NCBI GenBank assembly: GCA_965644495.1
Contig: CBFFSA010000001.1
Coordinates: 2,480,001 to 2,544,000, forward strand
Source: Perkinsela sp. CCAP 1560/9
Taxonomy: Eukaryota > Protista > Euglenozoa: Kinetoplastea
DNA: 64,000 nucleotides
Direction: 5' to 3'
Positions 49,332 through 60,376 of this stretch are shown here, one piece after another. A program made the translations under genes and the position numbers. The notes below the pieces were generated by a model. The model saw only the letters and a program-made list of their open reading frames with translations. It searched no databases and was not told the origin of the DNA. Each line of letters begins with the position of its first letter. Position 1 is the stretch's first letter.

Positions 49332-50954
49332 ATGTCGAAAAAACCACGCCACACGCTCGACTACATCCACGACTTGGGTATTCGCTACGGGATGAAGCTG
49401 GTTCACAACGCTCCCACCGCAACACTCTATGAGTACGAAGTCCGCACCACCCCGAGTTCGAAAGTCACCAGCACTGGAGCCCTTAGCGTACTCTCCGGCG
49501 TCAAGACCGGACGTTCCCCCAAAGACAAGCGTGTGTGTCGCGACGAGGACTACGAGAAGGACGTGTGGTGGGGTGAAGTCAATGTCCCGATCGAGCCCGA
49601 AAACTTCGCGACCAGCGTCCAGCGCGCGGTGGATTTTCTAAACACCCGGGATCACCTGTTTGTCACCGACTGCTACACCGGCTGGGATCCGCTCTACCGT
49701 ATGAAAGTGCGTATCATCACGACCCGGGCCTACCACGCGCTGTTTATGAAGAACATGCTCATCGAACCCACCCCCGCGGAGTTGGCGAATTTCGGCAAGC
49801 CGGACTTTGTGATTTACAACGCCGGCCAGTGGACGCAGTCCAAGTTGGAACGTGGCGTCACGTCCCAGACCATGGTCGGGCTTTCGTTTCGCCGTAACGA
49901 GATGGTGATTATGGGTACCGAGTACGCCGGGGAGATGAAGAAAGGGGTGCTGACTCTGATGATGTACACCCTGCCAAAGGCGGGGCAGCTCACCATGCAT
50001 GCCAGTGCCAACGAGGGCGTCTCAGGTGATGTCTCCGTGTTTTTTGGACTCAGCGGGACGGGAAAGACTACGCTCTCTGCCGATCCCCATCGTAAGCTCA
50101 TCGGGGACGACGAGCACGTGTGGACCGATCACGGGATCTTTAACGTCGAAGGGGGGTGCTACGCCAAGGCGATTGGGCTCTCCAAGGACAATGAGCCCGA
50201 CATCTTCAACGCGATTCGGTTCGGCTGTGTTGTGGAGAATGTTGTGCTGAATGACGGCCGGGTGGTGCAGTACAACGATGTGAGTATCACAGAAAACACG
50301 CGCTGCTCCTACCCGCTGCACCACATCGACAATGTAAAGCTTCCCGCCGTCGGGGGTCACCCAAAGAATATCATCCTTCTGACGAACGACGCCTTTGGAT
50401 GCCTCCCTCCCGTCAGCAAGCTTACGGAGCCCCAGGCGATGTACCAATTCATCAGTGGGTACACCGCAAAGGTACCGGGTACGGAGATGGGGATTGTCGA
50501 ACCCACCCCCACCTTCAGTGCGTGCTTCGGAGGACCGTTTCTTGTGTGGCACCCCACGGTGTACGCTAAACAGCTTGCTGAGCGTCTGCAAAAGTACAAT
50601 GTCCCTTGCTGGTTGGTGAACACGGGCTGGGTGCAGGGTCCCGCCGGGCAAGCCCCTCGCATCAAGCTTCGCTGGACGCGGAAGATTTTGGATGCGATTC
50701 ATGACGGTAGTCTCGTCAAGGCACGGTACGAGGTGATGCCGGGATGGGGCTTCCGTATTCCCAAATCGTGCCCAGGCGTGCCGAATGAAATCTTGAACCC
50801 GTACAACGCATGGAAGAATAAGAAGGCGTATGTGCAACAGGTCAACAAACTGGCTCGTATGTTCCGTGAGAATTTTAAGAAGTACGAGGCCAAGGCGGAT
50901 CCGGCGCTTCGATCAGTGAATCCTCAAGATTACCAAGTCAACGCTAAGTTGTAG
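49332..50954 (+). CDS. PEPCK: Phosphoenolpyruvate carboxykinase (ATP), glycosomal
   Basis: KTGRSPKDKR, YAGEMKKG, FGLSGTGKTTLS, LIGDDEHVW, EGGCYAK; C-terminal PTS1 -AKL. Confidence 0.99.
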   Translation: MSKKPRHTLDYIHDLGIRYGMKLVHNAPTATLYEYEVRTTPSSKVTSTGALSVLSGVKTGRSPKDKRVCRDEDYEKDVWWGEVNVPIEPENFATSVQRAVDFLNTRDHLFVTDCYTGWDPLYRMKVRIITTRAYHALFMKNMLIEPTPAELANFGKPDFVIYNAGQWTQSKLERGVTSQTMVGLSFRRNEMVIMGTEYAGEMKKGVLTLMMYTLPKAGQLTMHASANEGVSGDVSVFFGLSGTGKTTLSADPHRKLIGDDEHVWTDHGIFNVEGGCYAKAIGLSKDNEPDIFNAIRFGCVVENVVLNDGRVVQYNDVSITENTRCSYPLHHIDNVKLPAVGGHPKNIILLTNDAFGCLPPVSKLTEPQAMYQFISGYTAKVPGTEMGIVEPTPTFSACFGGPFLVWHPTVYAKQLAERLQKYNVPCWLVNTGWVQGPAGQAPRIKLRWTRKILDAIHDGSLVKARYEVMPGWGFRIPKSCPGVPNEILNPYNAWKNKKAYVQQVNKLARMFRENFKKYEAKADPALRSVNPQDYQVNAKL

Positions 50955-51577
50955 ACCGTTTTCATATATCATATTGAACGAACGTTCATACGTTCGGCAT
51001 TCAGATCAAAAACAAAAAGGAACGATATCTAAATAAAATATTATGTAGTTTATCACTATGGAAGAGCGTTTCTATACATGGAGCGCGGTTATTTAGGCGG
51101 TTATCTTTCAACAATTTATTCTTTCAACAGAGTACGCGTTTAACATGGGCTGTCGATTGAGTAGTAGAAGCTCGGAATTTTTCCATATTGATGAAATTTT
51201 TGAGTACTATTGTTGATAAGACCGTATAACGTTTTAAAGTAAGTAAAGTGTTTTGCTAGATTTGGGCTGCATTGATGACAATATTATTTTGACTATACGA
51301 TTTTTTGATACGAATACGGATTCAAGCATCTGTGCGCTCCGGAGTCAGCTCACTTCGCTGTGCCACTGAATTGGTATGCATGCGTTGATTTTTTATCAGC
51401 TGAATGTGTGCTGATAACCTTTATTGTATATTTAAGTGGCACAGAAATACCTCAGTTCTACCATTGGATTTACTATTTTAGCATTCTTAGGATTACGACA
51501 ACTAGAATGTACGTCTTCTAATGCACTATTGGAAAACACTATTGGTATTTTTTCGTTATATTCTTCGATACCTATAA

Positions 51578-53515
51578 ATGGCTGACATTGAAGATTTAGC
51601 TTCAAGGGGTCACAATGAGGCTCCTCACATGTATCTTGATGAATATGAAGAAGCTATCGTTACATCTAAAATACAGAAACTTCCAAATTTGCAACAACTT
51701 TTAGAGGAGGAGGCTCCTTATCAAGCCTCAGTTCCCGAAGAAGACGTCGAAATATACCAAACTATTGTTACGGAGCTCATATCTCGAAATCCAACTTCTA
51801 AAAAGGCAATTGATCGTGAAATCCCGCGTCTTCGGAAGCAATACAAAAAGGCTTGCAGCAAGGCGAATCTTCTGGCTACATATCAAGCGTTACTTCAAAA
51901 AGGGAGCATTTCTCATCACGAGATTTTGGACGACTATCTTATCAAGAAATCTACACGAAGCAGCAGCGGAGTTTTGGTCGTGACTGTGTTTACCTCACCG
52001 TATCCTGAGGTTAACGGGGTGAAACAACGATTTTCATGCCAATGGAATTGTCATTATTGTCCTAATGAGCCCGGGCAACCCCGCAGCTATTTATTAAATG
52101 AACCAGGAGTTCGGCGGGCGAATCGTCTGGATTTTGACCCCATCGTACAGTTCCAAGAAAGGGTCCGCACCTTGACTGAAATAGGCCATACCCCTGACAA
52201 GGTGGAGGTCCTTGTTTTGGGCGGTACCTGGGAGAGCTATCCTATGGAATATCAAGAGACTTTTATTCGCGATGTGCTCTTTGCTGCAAACACCTATGCA
52301 AAACCAACACGACGGCGTGAGTCACTTGAGGCCGAGAAACGATTCAATGAAACCGAGAGTGTTCGTGTCATTGGCATAACACTTGAGACACGTCCTGACA
52401 CAATCAACCCAGAGATGGTGCGTCGGCTGCGGCAGCTCGGGTGCACGCGTATTCAACTTGGTGTGCAGCACTCCGATGATAATATCCTGCAAGCCGTGAA
52501 TCGAGGAAGCACCAGGGCAGACGCCGTTCGAGCGCTTCGTTTATTAAAAGACGCTTGTTTCAAGATTGACATTCATATTATGCCGGATCTCCCCGGGGCC
52601 ACCCCGGAGGGGGATAAGGCTATGTTTGACGACTTCTTGTACAACAGCGACTTACAGGCGGACCAGTGGAAGATTTACCCATGTCAAATCACTCCCTGGA
52701 CGCTTATCCAGCAGTGGTTTGAGCAGGGCAAGTACCGTCCCTACGGCCTGGAGAACCTGATTGACGTTATTTGTTATGCCAAGCAGCGTGTTCACCCGTG
52801 GATTCGGTTGAATCGTGTGATTCGAGACATTCCCGCCGAGTATGTCCTGGGAGGCACTTGTTGTGGGAATCTTCGGCAGTCGTTGGAGAGTCGATTGCAC
52901 GCGGCCGGTCGTCACTGCCGCTGTATTCGCTGTCGTGAGGTGGGTACCGACGCCCAGGCACTTAGCAAACGACACGAGGCCGTGTTGGTACGACGGGATT
53001 ACATTGCCCAACAAGGATTGGAGGTGTTTCTCTCCTATGAGTTGCCTGAGACCGATACGCTCTATGGCTTTCTCCGTCTCCGTTTGACACGCACTGCCGG
53101 TGAAGATGCCTTTCCTGAGTTGCGTGGGTGTGCGTTGATCCGTGAACTCCATGTCTATGGTCGTCTTGTGAAGACATATGCCAAGCACGCTTCACTCCCC
53201 CAACACACGGGTTTTGGAAAAGGACTCCTTGCGGCGGCAGAAGCCATTGCACGGGATTTCTGTTTTTCTTCTATTGCAGTGATCAGCGGCGTCGGGGTGC
53301 GCACGTATTACTCCGCGCGTGGATACCATCTACAAAACAGATCTGAAGGAGCGTTTCAGATAAAATCATTGAAATATTCTCCCGTGTTCCGCTGTGCTCT
53401 ATTATTTAGAACGAGACTAGAAAGAGATAATGATGTAGAGCAGTTTTTTATTCTGATGTTGTATTTCGTGAGTCATTTTCTTATGTTTTGCTCGGGGACG
53501 AGGTGGATCATTTAA
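51578..53515 (+). CDS. ELP3: Elongator protein 3 (radical SAM + acetyltransferase)
   Basis: CQWNCHYCP, LGGTW, ITLETRPD, IRELHVYG, QHTGFGKGLL, ISGVGVRTYY. Confidence 0.96.
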   Translation: MADIEDLASRGHNEAPHMYLDEYEEAIVTSKIQKLPNLQQLLEEEAPYQASVPEEDVEIYQTIVTELISRNPTSKKAIDREIPRLRKQYKKACSKANLLATYQALLQKGSISHHEILDDYLIKKSTRSSSGVLVVTVFTSPYPEVNGVKQRFSCQWNCHYCPNEPGQPRSYLLNEPGVRRANRLDFDPIVQFQERVRTLTEIGHTPDKVEVLVLGGTWESYPMEYQETFIRDVLFAANTYAKPTRRRESLEAEKRFNETESVRVIGITLETRPDTINPEMVRRLRQLGCTRIQLGVQHSDDNILQAVNRGSTRADAVRALRLLKDACFKIDIHIMPDLPGATPEGDKAMFDDFLYNSDLQADQWKIYPCQITPWTLIQQWFEQGKYRPYGLENLIDVICYAKQRVHPWIRLNRVIRDIPAEYVLGGTCCGNLRQSLESRLHAAGRHCRCIRCREVGTDAQALSKRHEAVLVRRDYIAQQGLEVFLSYELPETDTLYGFLRLRLTRTAGEDAFPELRGCALIRELHVYGRLVKTYAKHASLPQHTGFGKGLLAAAEAIARDFCFSSIAVISGVGVRTYYSARGYHLQNRSEGAFQIKSLKYSPVFRCALLFRTRLERDNDVEQFFILMLYFVSHFLMFCSGTRWII

Positions 53516-53702
53516 CTTAAACAGAAAATAACCGACTTATAATTTTCTGACTTCCTCTCAGTATTATTCCAATTGATAGAGTGCTATCAGTGGTCTCCTT
53601 ACTTTTACAGATAAAAAATATAAGAACGTTTGTTTCTGTGCCATTATATTTTTTATCAATTTTCTGCAACTAGAAAGCTCGTAACATTTTCATTTCTTTT
53701 AT

Positions 53703-54281
53703 ATGGAATCCGCCGAAAAAGTATTCTCAGCAATGACTGAGATTAAGGATCTCCCAACAGATCTTGAATGTATTGATCACGCAGTTGTAATTACGAAGGA
53801 AAATAGAAAATATTTGGTCCATAAGCGATTGCTAGAGCAAAGCCCCGTAATTCGAAATATACTCATGGAAATGGAAAATGACGGACTTGAAATACCGCTT
53901 CCAGACATGGAATCCCGCACATTGCAATGTGTTTTCGATTTTCAAACTTATCACGAGGCGAATCCTTTGAAGGAGATCGAAAAACCTCTTCGGGCTAAAC
54001 TGCAAGACGTACTCAGCGAATGGGACTACGAATTTTATAAAACTCGTTTATTAGAAAATGGAGACGAATCTAAAAACTCACAGTTATTTAAAGTTCTGAA
54101 AGCCGCAAACTTTCTCATATTGCTACCTTTACGAGATCTGTGCTGTGCCGCAGTTGCTGCTTCTATTATGGGAAAGTCAGAAACAGAAATTCTTAGTTTC
54201 TTTCAAATAAAAGAACCTGTAACCCCAGAGTGCGAAAAAAAACTTTATGACAATTATCCATGGCTACGCGAAAAATGTTAG
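53703..54281 (+). CDS. SKP1: SKP1-like protein
   Basis: IPLPDM, IEKPLR...VLSEWDYEF, LFKVLKAANFL, LRDLCCAAVAASIMGKS, NYPW. Confidence 0.85.
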   Translation: MESAEKVFSAMTEIKDLPTDLECIDHAVVITKENRKYLVHKRLLEQSPVIRNILMEMENDGLEIPLPDMESRTLQCVFDFQTYHEANPLKEIEKPLRAKLQDVLSEWDYEFYKTRLLENGDESKNSQLFKVLKAANFLILLPLRDLCCAAVAASIMGKSETEILSFFQIKEPVTPECEKKLYDNYPWLREKC

Positions 54282-54716
54282 GCGAACTTCATCTGGTAAT
54301 GGAGAATTAAGAAAAGGAAACTTCATTACTCGACGGTTTCAGTTTTTTTCCTTTCATATATTCTCGTTAGTTACCTATGGAACGTAAGTATTACGTACTA
54401 ACTTACCAGGTTTATTAGTACTATACCCCGCTACATAATTGTCACCCCCCCATCCTCCTACTTAATTGTCATTTCTGGGAAAAGATAGTGAATTCCTCCC
54501 CCTACATATTTTTTTTTATCAAAATCCGATTTGTGTCGAAAAAAAATATTATTGTCCAATTACACACTATTTAGATTAAAATTACTCCTTAACTCTAAAA
54601 CCTCATTGCACGCAATTTAGATTTAAAAACTATTTCGTTACGTTTAGTTCCGTTTTTACTATTTTTAGATTATCCCGCCTCATGGTTCTCCGAGGCAGAA
54701 GCAGATTACGGGCAGG

Positions 54717-55054
54717 CTCTCTCTCCCCTCTACATCACAGTAACCTTCAACCCCGCTCTCTCCCCTCCACACGGCAGTAACCTTCAACCCCACTCTCTCT
54801 CTCCTCCACACGACAGTAACCTTCAACCCTGCTCTCTCTCTCCAATCCACACGACAGTAACCTTCAACCCTGCTCTCTCTCTCCCCTCCACACGGCAGTA
54901 ACCTTCAACCCCACTCTCTCTCTCCTCCACACGACAGTAACCTTCAACCCTGCTCTCTCTCTCCAATCCACACGACAGTAACCTTCAACCCTGCTCTCTC
55001 ACCAATCCACACAACAGTAACCTTCAACCCCACTCTCTCTCCCCTCTACACGAC
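54717..55054. repeat. Minisatellite, 37-41-bp unit (CCACACGRCAGTAACCTTCAACCC + CT tract), 8 full copies plus a partial one
   Basis: CAGTAACCTTCAACCC at 54738, 54775, 54814, 54855, 54896, 54935, 54976 and 55015. Confidence 0.95.
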
Positions 55055-55818
55055 AAAGATAATATAAAAATGTTCAAAGAGAGACTTTGACGCTCCTCAA
55101 TCATCATACTTCATTGTACGCATGTCATGTCCGGTTAATTTCTAGCAAATTTAGTCTTTTTTTCAATTTCCCCCAAAACAATGATTTTTTATAGCATTCT
55201 TTCCGAAATTCTTTCTCTTTAATCCTTGCGGTTTTAATAGCTACTGCTTCATTAACTTTTGGAGCAATGCAGTGGAAGTTAGATCGGCAAAGATTTCAAT
55301 GGATATTTGTATTTTTTTAGTCACTGCACACAACCCTCCTCGGCCCACAGAGAAACCTTCTTCAAAGTGAGCTTTTTTTGACAGGAAAATCGAGCACGCG
55401 CCACACAGGGCACTATAAAATGCTGAAGCAAAGCAAGATATTTCAAAAAAATGTGATTCATGAAGTGAGTTTGCTTTCACGTTTGTCGTAAGTAAAAAAA
55501 AGGTAATTTTGCTTTAATTTCACCTCATGTCCGCAGCAAGCCTGGAGAGAACACGTGTGCACTTCATGTAGTGACACAACATGCTTTGTGACATACCGTG
55601 CTTTGTTTGGTGTGCAAGGTGACGTAATTTCCTACGTAATAAGTAGGGGGGTACTACTCTGAACTTTATGTCTGTACTTTCAGTATGTACATTCTGTAGT
55701 GTGGGTGCATTGTGTATACTTGAGAAAGAAGTGTCGGTTAAAGTGAATAAAATCTGGCGTGTTCCTCATTTTTGATATTTCTATTATTGAGTGCAAATTA
55801 TACGCTCGTTTATTGGTA

Positions 55819-56167
55819 AACCCTGTTCCGGGTTATTGTGCCTAGAGCTACTTATTGTGCAGGGGGGGCACAATAAGTGGAAACAACCACTATTATTGTG
55901 CCCCCCCCTTCAAAATATGGCGCCGCCAGGCGGCGCCGTAATTTTTTGGTTTTTTATTCCCATTTTCTCGAAAATAACGTAGTTTGTTCAACAACACATC
56001 CCTTAAATAGAATGTTTTCTGCACATGAACGTGTTTGTCCATAAAAAAGTCGCCGCGAAGCGGCGCCAAATATATCTTTTAACCCTTTTTTTGGTTTTCC
56101 AATATTTAGTTATTGTGCCTAGAGCCAGTTATTGTGCAGGGGGTGCACAATAACCCGGAACAGGGTT
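55819..56167. mobile_element. MITE, 23-bp perfect TIR AACCCTGTTCCGGGTTATTGTGC, TA TSD
   Basis: TA|AACCCTGTTCCGGG...CCCGGAACAGGGTT|TA; internal TTATTGTGC repeats. Confidence 0.9.
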
Positions 56168-56242
56168 TAGAATTATTTTATTACCTATTCGAAATGCAAG
56201 GAATAGAACGATTTTAGTATTGGTTTTCACTTTTTTGTTCTT

Positions 56243-56482
56243 ATGCAGAATGAAGCTCAAGAATATTTTACACAGTACCGAATTCCTGAAATACTAGATC
56301 AAGTTGTGATCGATCTGCTGAAAGAAAAGCCATTGAAACCGTACTCAAAAATTGCGTTCCTTTTCCGTGTCCAGAAAGAAAATTTGCGGAAGAGTAAAAC
56401 CCTTGAAGGCATCAATGAGGATAGGGCCTTAGATGTACTTAAAGATGTTTCAATCGAGAGGGGAACCAACCACGCTAATTAG
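56243..56482 (+). CDS. Small RIIa/Dpy-30 (D/D) dimerisation-domain protein
   Basis: AQEYFTQYRIPEILDQVVIDLLKEKPLKPYSKIA pattern. Confidence 0.65.
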   Translation: MQNEAQEYFTQYRIPEILDQVVIDLLKEKPLKPYSKIAFLFRVQKENLRKSKTLEGINEDRALDVLKDVSIERGTNHAN

Positions 56483-56995
56483 CAATCGGGTATCTTCAGG
56501 AACGTTACCTACTTTTCTTTGGTACTCTTGGCAGACATTCAATATCGTGGACTTGCGCAATCACTGCGAAGAGTGAGCAAGAGACCGAAACCAGAAATAC
56601 TCTGATTCTGCATAGAACTCTATTCTATGCATAGTACATGGCTCTTCTAGTGTGAGGTACCAGAAGTTTACTATTCGTTGAAAAGGATCTCATAACCTCT
56701 AGTTATCTGAGGCCCTCTGAAACTGCGTTTATTTTAGTTGTGACAGGTTCCCTAAGAGTCTTCTTTTCATGTTTTTGGGCAGTGTTTTTTCTAAGTGTTA
56801 TTAAAAAAGATTCTCTCTATCTGCAGTGCAATGTTATAGTAGTAGCGAACCCACTGAACCACCAGCGATTTAAAATCACGATAATTGATTTGCTCAGAAT
56901 GTTATTCAATTTTCTTTTAAAATAAATTAGAAATACGTATTTCTTGAAATGTACAGAGATCCCAATAGACACGATAAACATAATTCCTTTCAAAA

Positions 56996-57205
56996 ATGGA
57001 TTTATTAGATGAAATAGCGATTGCTCCGCTAACGACGTTTGCGAAAAACTCTAAAATGCTAGTTCAAAAATGCACTAAACCTAATTACAAGGAATTTACG
57101 AAGACTGGTCTATCCACACTCGTCGGCTTTGGCATCCTTGGAGCAGTTGGGTATTTCATAAAAATAGTATTTATTCCTATAAACAACGTGATTATGGGAG
57201 CGTAG
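56996..57205 (+). CDS. SEC61G: Sec61 translocon gamma subunit
   Basis: KCTKPNYKEF...GFGILGAVGYFIKIVFIPINNVIMG. Confidence 0.96.
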   Translation: MDLLDEIAIAPLTTFAKNSKMLVQKCTKPNYKEFTKTGLSTLVGFGILGAVGYFIKIVFIPINNVIMGA

Positions 57206-57613
57206 GAACGAAGAACTTGAAAATAGGATCATGCGAGAGAGTAGCCTACTCAAAAATAGATTATGCAGATTAAAAAAAGACGAAGGTACATTACGCTAGT
57301 CACGGAGTATATGTGGCGTAACTTATTATTTGCAATCTTAAGGTATTCCAAAAAAAGTTTTTCAGCGTTTAAAAAAAGATTTTTCAGGTTTTAAAAAAAG
57401 ATTTCTCGACAAAAAATGTTCATCTCAATACACGTACAAGGGGTGCGAACGTGTATGTCTGTATGGCATGTTCTTGTTACAGATGCATTTAAGAGCGTTG
57501 ATCAATTAGTCACTACAGTTAAGTAAAATGTATTAGGACAACTATTGCAAAGGAAATCATTTTCTAAAAATATGCATACATACAAAAGTCTGCAAACATG
57601 TATCTAGTAGCTT

Positions 57614-58600
57614 ATGAACTCAAGAAATATATTTTTCAAAGAAAAAATGTGCGAAACTGCTCCTCTCGTTTTAGTTACAGGGGGAACGGGGCTTGTAGGC
57701 ACGGCTTTACGAGATATTGACCGATCGAGTCTGGGATTTCGCTGGGTCTTTTCTTGCAGTTCGGATGCTGATCTGCGTTGTGCCCAGGCAACCGAAAAGA
57801 TGTTTTGTTTGCATCGCCCAACATTCGTAATACATCTCGCTGCACGTGTTGGTGGACTATACAGCAATTTGGAACACCCAGTATCTATGTATGAGGACAA
57901 CTGTCTTATTAACATAAACGTTTTACGATGTGTCCGCCGTTTTCAAGTAAAGAAAACAGTTTGCTGTCTCAGCACATGTATTTTTCCTGCTGAACCTGCT
58001 GATTTTCCAATGGATGAGTCATCCCTTCATTGCGGTGCCCCGCATCCTTCAAACGAAAGTTACGCTTACGCGAAAAGAGGTCTAGAGGTACTGTGTCGGA
58101 GTTATCGTGCAGAGTATGGCACTAACATTGTGTGCGTGATTCCTTCGAATCTTTACGGAGAAAATGACAACTACAATCTAGAGGAGGCGCACGTTATTCC
58201 TGCACTGATTCATAAATGTTTCTTAGCACTGAAATCAGGAACCGATTTTAACGTTTGTGGATCCGGAAGGCCACTACGACAATTTCTATACGCGAAAGAC
58301 TTCGCAAAATTATTGATTTGGGCTCTTCAAAATTATGAGAGCAAAGAGCCCCTTATTACCTGCAACAGTGAGCATAATGAACTTACTATTTCGTGTGCAG
58401 CGCAGTGCATTGCAAACTCTTTTGAGTTCAAAGGCAATATTACTTTTAGTACTTCTCATAGTGACGGAATACTTCGAAAAACCGTAACAAACAAGGTATT
58501 CCGCAGCCTTTGTCCACATTTTTCTTTTACCGCACTGCAGCAAGGAATTGATAATTCTGTAAAGTGGTTCTTAAAAAACCACAGTACATGCCGTCTATAA
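57614..58600 (+). CDS. TSTA3: GDP-L-fucose synthase (start may be 57647)
   Basis: VTGGTGLVG, IHLAARVGGL, CLSTCIFP, YAYAKR, HVIPALIHK, GSGRPLRQFLY. Confidence 0.96.
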   Translation: MNSRNIFFKEKMCETAPLVLVTGGTGLVGTALRDIDRSSLGFRWVFSCSSDADLRCAQATEKMFCLHRPTFVIHLAARVGGLYSNLEHPVSMYEDNCLININVLRCVRRFQVKKTVCCLSTCIFPAEPADFPMDESSLHCGAPHPSNESYAYAKRGLEVLCRSYRAEYGTNIVCVIPSNLYGENDNYNLEEAHVIPALIHKCFLALKSGTDFNVCGSGRPLRQFLYAKDFAKLLIWALQNYESKEPLITCNSEHNELTISCAAQCIANSFEFKGNITFSTSHSDGILRKTVTNKVFRSLCPHFSFTALQQGIDNSVKWFLKNHSTCRL

Positions 58601-58740
58601 AAGCAGATGTCATCTTATTGCTCAAAAGGGAATAAAATGATTTGCTCAGGCAAAAGGTTGCCAATGTAGGAAATGTGATGATCCCCCCGCCATCGCGACG
58701 TAGCATACTTCAGGCACAGGCGTCATTAGTACGTTACATA

Positions 58741-58813
58741 CAGGGGGTGGCAAGAATATATGGGTGTCTAAAACGAATTTTGACCCACCCCCATATTTTC
58801 TTGCCACCCCCTG
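58741..58813. mobile_element. 73-bp micro-MITE (Tc1-type CAGGGG ends)
   Basis: TA|CAGGGGGTGGCAAGAA...TTCTTGCCACCCCCTG|CA. Confidence 0.7.
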
Positions 58814-58986
58814 CATGTCGCCATTTGCTGAAGACGAAGCATTCGATTTCCAGTGTGTGGTGAAACTGTCACGATACCTTGTAGAGTTATTGAGTGATAG
58901 TACCTTCGTGCTACCAGACAGTTCCTTATTATATATATAGTTCCTTATTATATATACCACCTGTATATATATAATTCCTTATTATA

Positions 58987-60319
58987 AACCCCTGGCCAAA
59001 ATAAGGCACCCCCCTCTAAAAATTCGATGCTTTGTTTGTTTGAGCTAATTTCAATGGCATTTTGCAGATCTCAGTTCGGGATTTATGTCCTCCCACACTT
59101 GGTCACTAGTCCTATAGCTATTTATAAAGTGGAAACTATTTACCACTTTTTTACCTTTTCGCCACCTAGTTCGACGCAGGCCTTCAGTCTACGATCGAAA
59201 CTTAAGATGGTATCATTTATCATCTCAGTCGGTAAAGAACTCCATGTGTTTAGAATACACCTTTGCAGTTCGGAAACTGTAGATGGTAGCTTTTCATTTA
59301 CGTCTTGTTGTACCATTGACCATATGTTTTCAATGGGAGAAAGATCGGGAGAATTTGGGGGCCAATTTTTTAGTAGATTAATTTTTCGTTTGTTCAGGTA
59401 ATTTATGGTGGCCTTGGCCGTATGAGCGGTGGCACCATCTTGTTGAAATATTCTTTTGCGGGGGAAATAAACATGTTTTAGTGTGTCTATGTGTGTTTCG
59501 TGGGTAATAGAGGTCCTGCTAGATAAAATTTTTAAGCATCTCCAGTTAATTCCTATAGCACCCCACACCTGACACTTAGGCGCCCAGCGCACCTTTAGTC
59601 TCTTTGCAGGGGTCTCTCCTTTTTTTACCCACATTTTCATTCGATTATCGTTTGTATCAAACACCTTCTCATCTGAGAATATCAATTTCGATGTGTCCTC
59701 TTTGTAATTTAAAGAAAACTGTACGCGTTTTTCTTTTTGTACAGCGGTGAGCCCTTGTGAAATTGGGCGTGGCCTATATTGATGCCCTGCTTGCCTCAAA
59801 TCTCGACGAACAGTTCGAGGGCTTGCAGTAACACCCTTTCTGTACAAAACAACAGAAATACGCTTTGAACTGTTGTACTTTGGCACCCCTGCCGCATCTT
59901 TCTTAGAAATAATGGTTTCAATCCTTTTTTTACGAGACTTTATTTCTTTTTTCTGTGGGGATTTCTTTAGGCTTTTTTTCGTCTCAATTTTGGGGTGATC
60001 ACGGAGGTATTTTCGAATGTATTTCACGCTTACATTCAATTCACGTGCTATTCGTTTCTTTGGGATGCCATCTTGAAACCTTAAAAGCATGAGTTCCTTC
60101 CCCAGGGGGCTGAGGCCACCTTTCGGAGGCCTGCGATTTTTTCATAAATCGACCCTAATGTTAAAGTGGTAAAATATTTTTTTATTTTTTTATTTTTCAT
60201 GAGCTAAAAACAGCGGGAACGTACACATCTCAAAATTTTGAACGAAAACATGGTATGATAACCCTACCATACCCATCATGCAAAAAATAAGGGGGGTGCC
60301 TTATTGGTGGCCAAGGGTT
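58987..60319 (-). mobile_element. Full-length Tc1/IS630-like DNA transposon, ~28-bp imperfect TIRs, TA TSD
   Basis: TA|AACCCCTGGCCAAAATAAGGCACCCCCC ... GGGGGGTGCCTTATTGGTGGCCAAGGGTT|TA. Confidence 0.92.
59140..60090 (-). CDS. Tc1/IS630-family transposase, DD35E
   Basis: N-terminal HTH (IARELNVS), IFSDEKVF, FQQDGATAH, WPPNSPDLSPIENIW; 35 residues between the second D and E. Confidence 0.95.
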   Translation of the reverse strand: MLLRFQDGIPKKRIARELNVSVKYIRKYLRDHPKIETKKSLKKSPQKKEIKSRKKRIETIISKKDAAGVPKYNSSKRISVVLYRKGVTASPRTVRRDLRQAGHQYRPRPISQGLTAVQKEKRVQFSLNYKEDTSKLIFSDEKVFDTNDNRMKMWVKKGETPAKRLKVRWAPKCQVWGAIGINWRCLKILSSRTSITHETHIDTLKHVYFPRKRIFQQDGATAHTAKATINYLNKRKINLLKNWPPNSPDLSPIENIWSMVQQDVNEKLPSTVSELQRCILNTWSSLPTEMINDTILSFDRRLKACVELGGEKVKKW

Positions 60320-60376
60320 TATATACCAGACAGTTCCTTGGAAAAATAAAGATAATGAAATAAAGATAATGACATA

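Noticed and set aside
50955-51577. C/D snoRNAs (TGATGA boxes) or tRNAs in intergenic DNA
   Set aside because: No convincing box pairing, terminal stem or cloverleaf was seen.
54717-55054. CRISPR-like or guide array
   Set aside because: The intervening sequences are near-identical CT tracts; this is an ordinary minisatellite.
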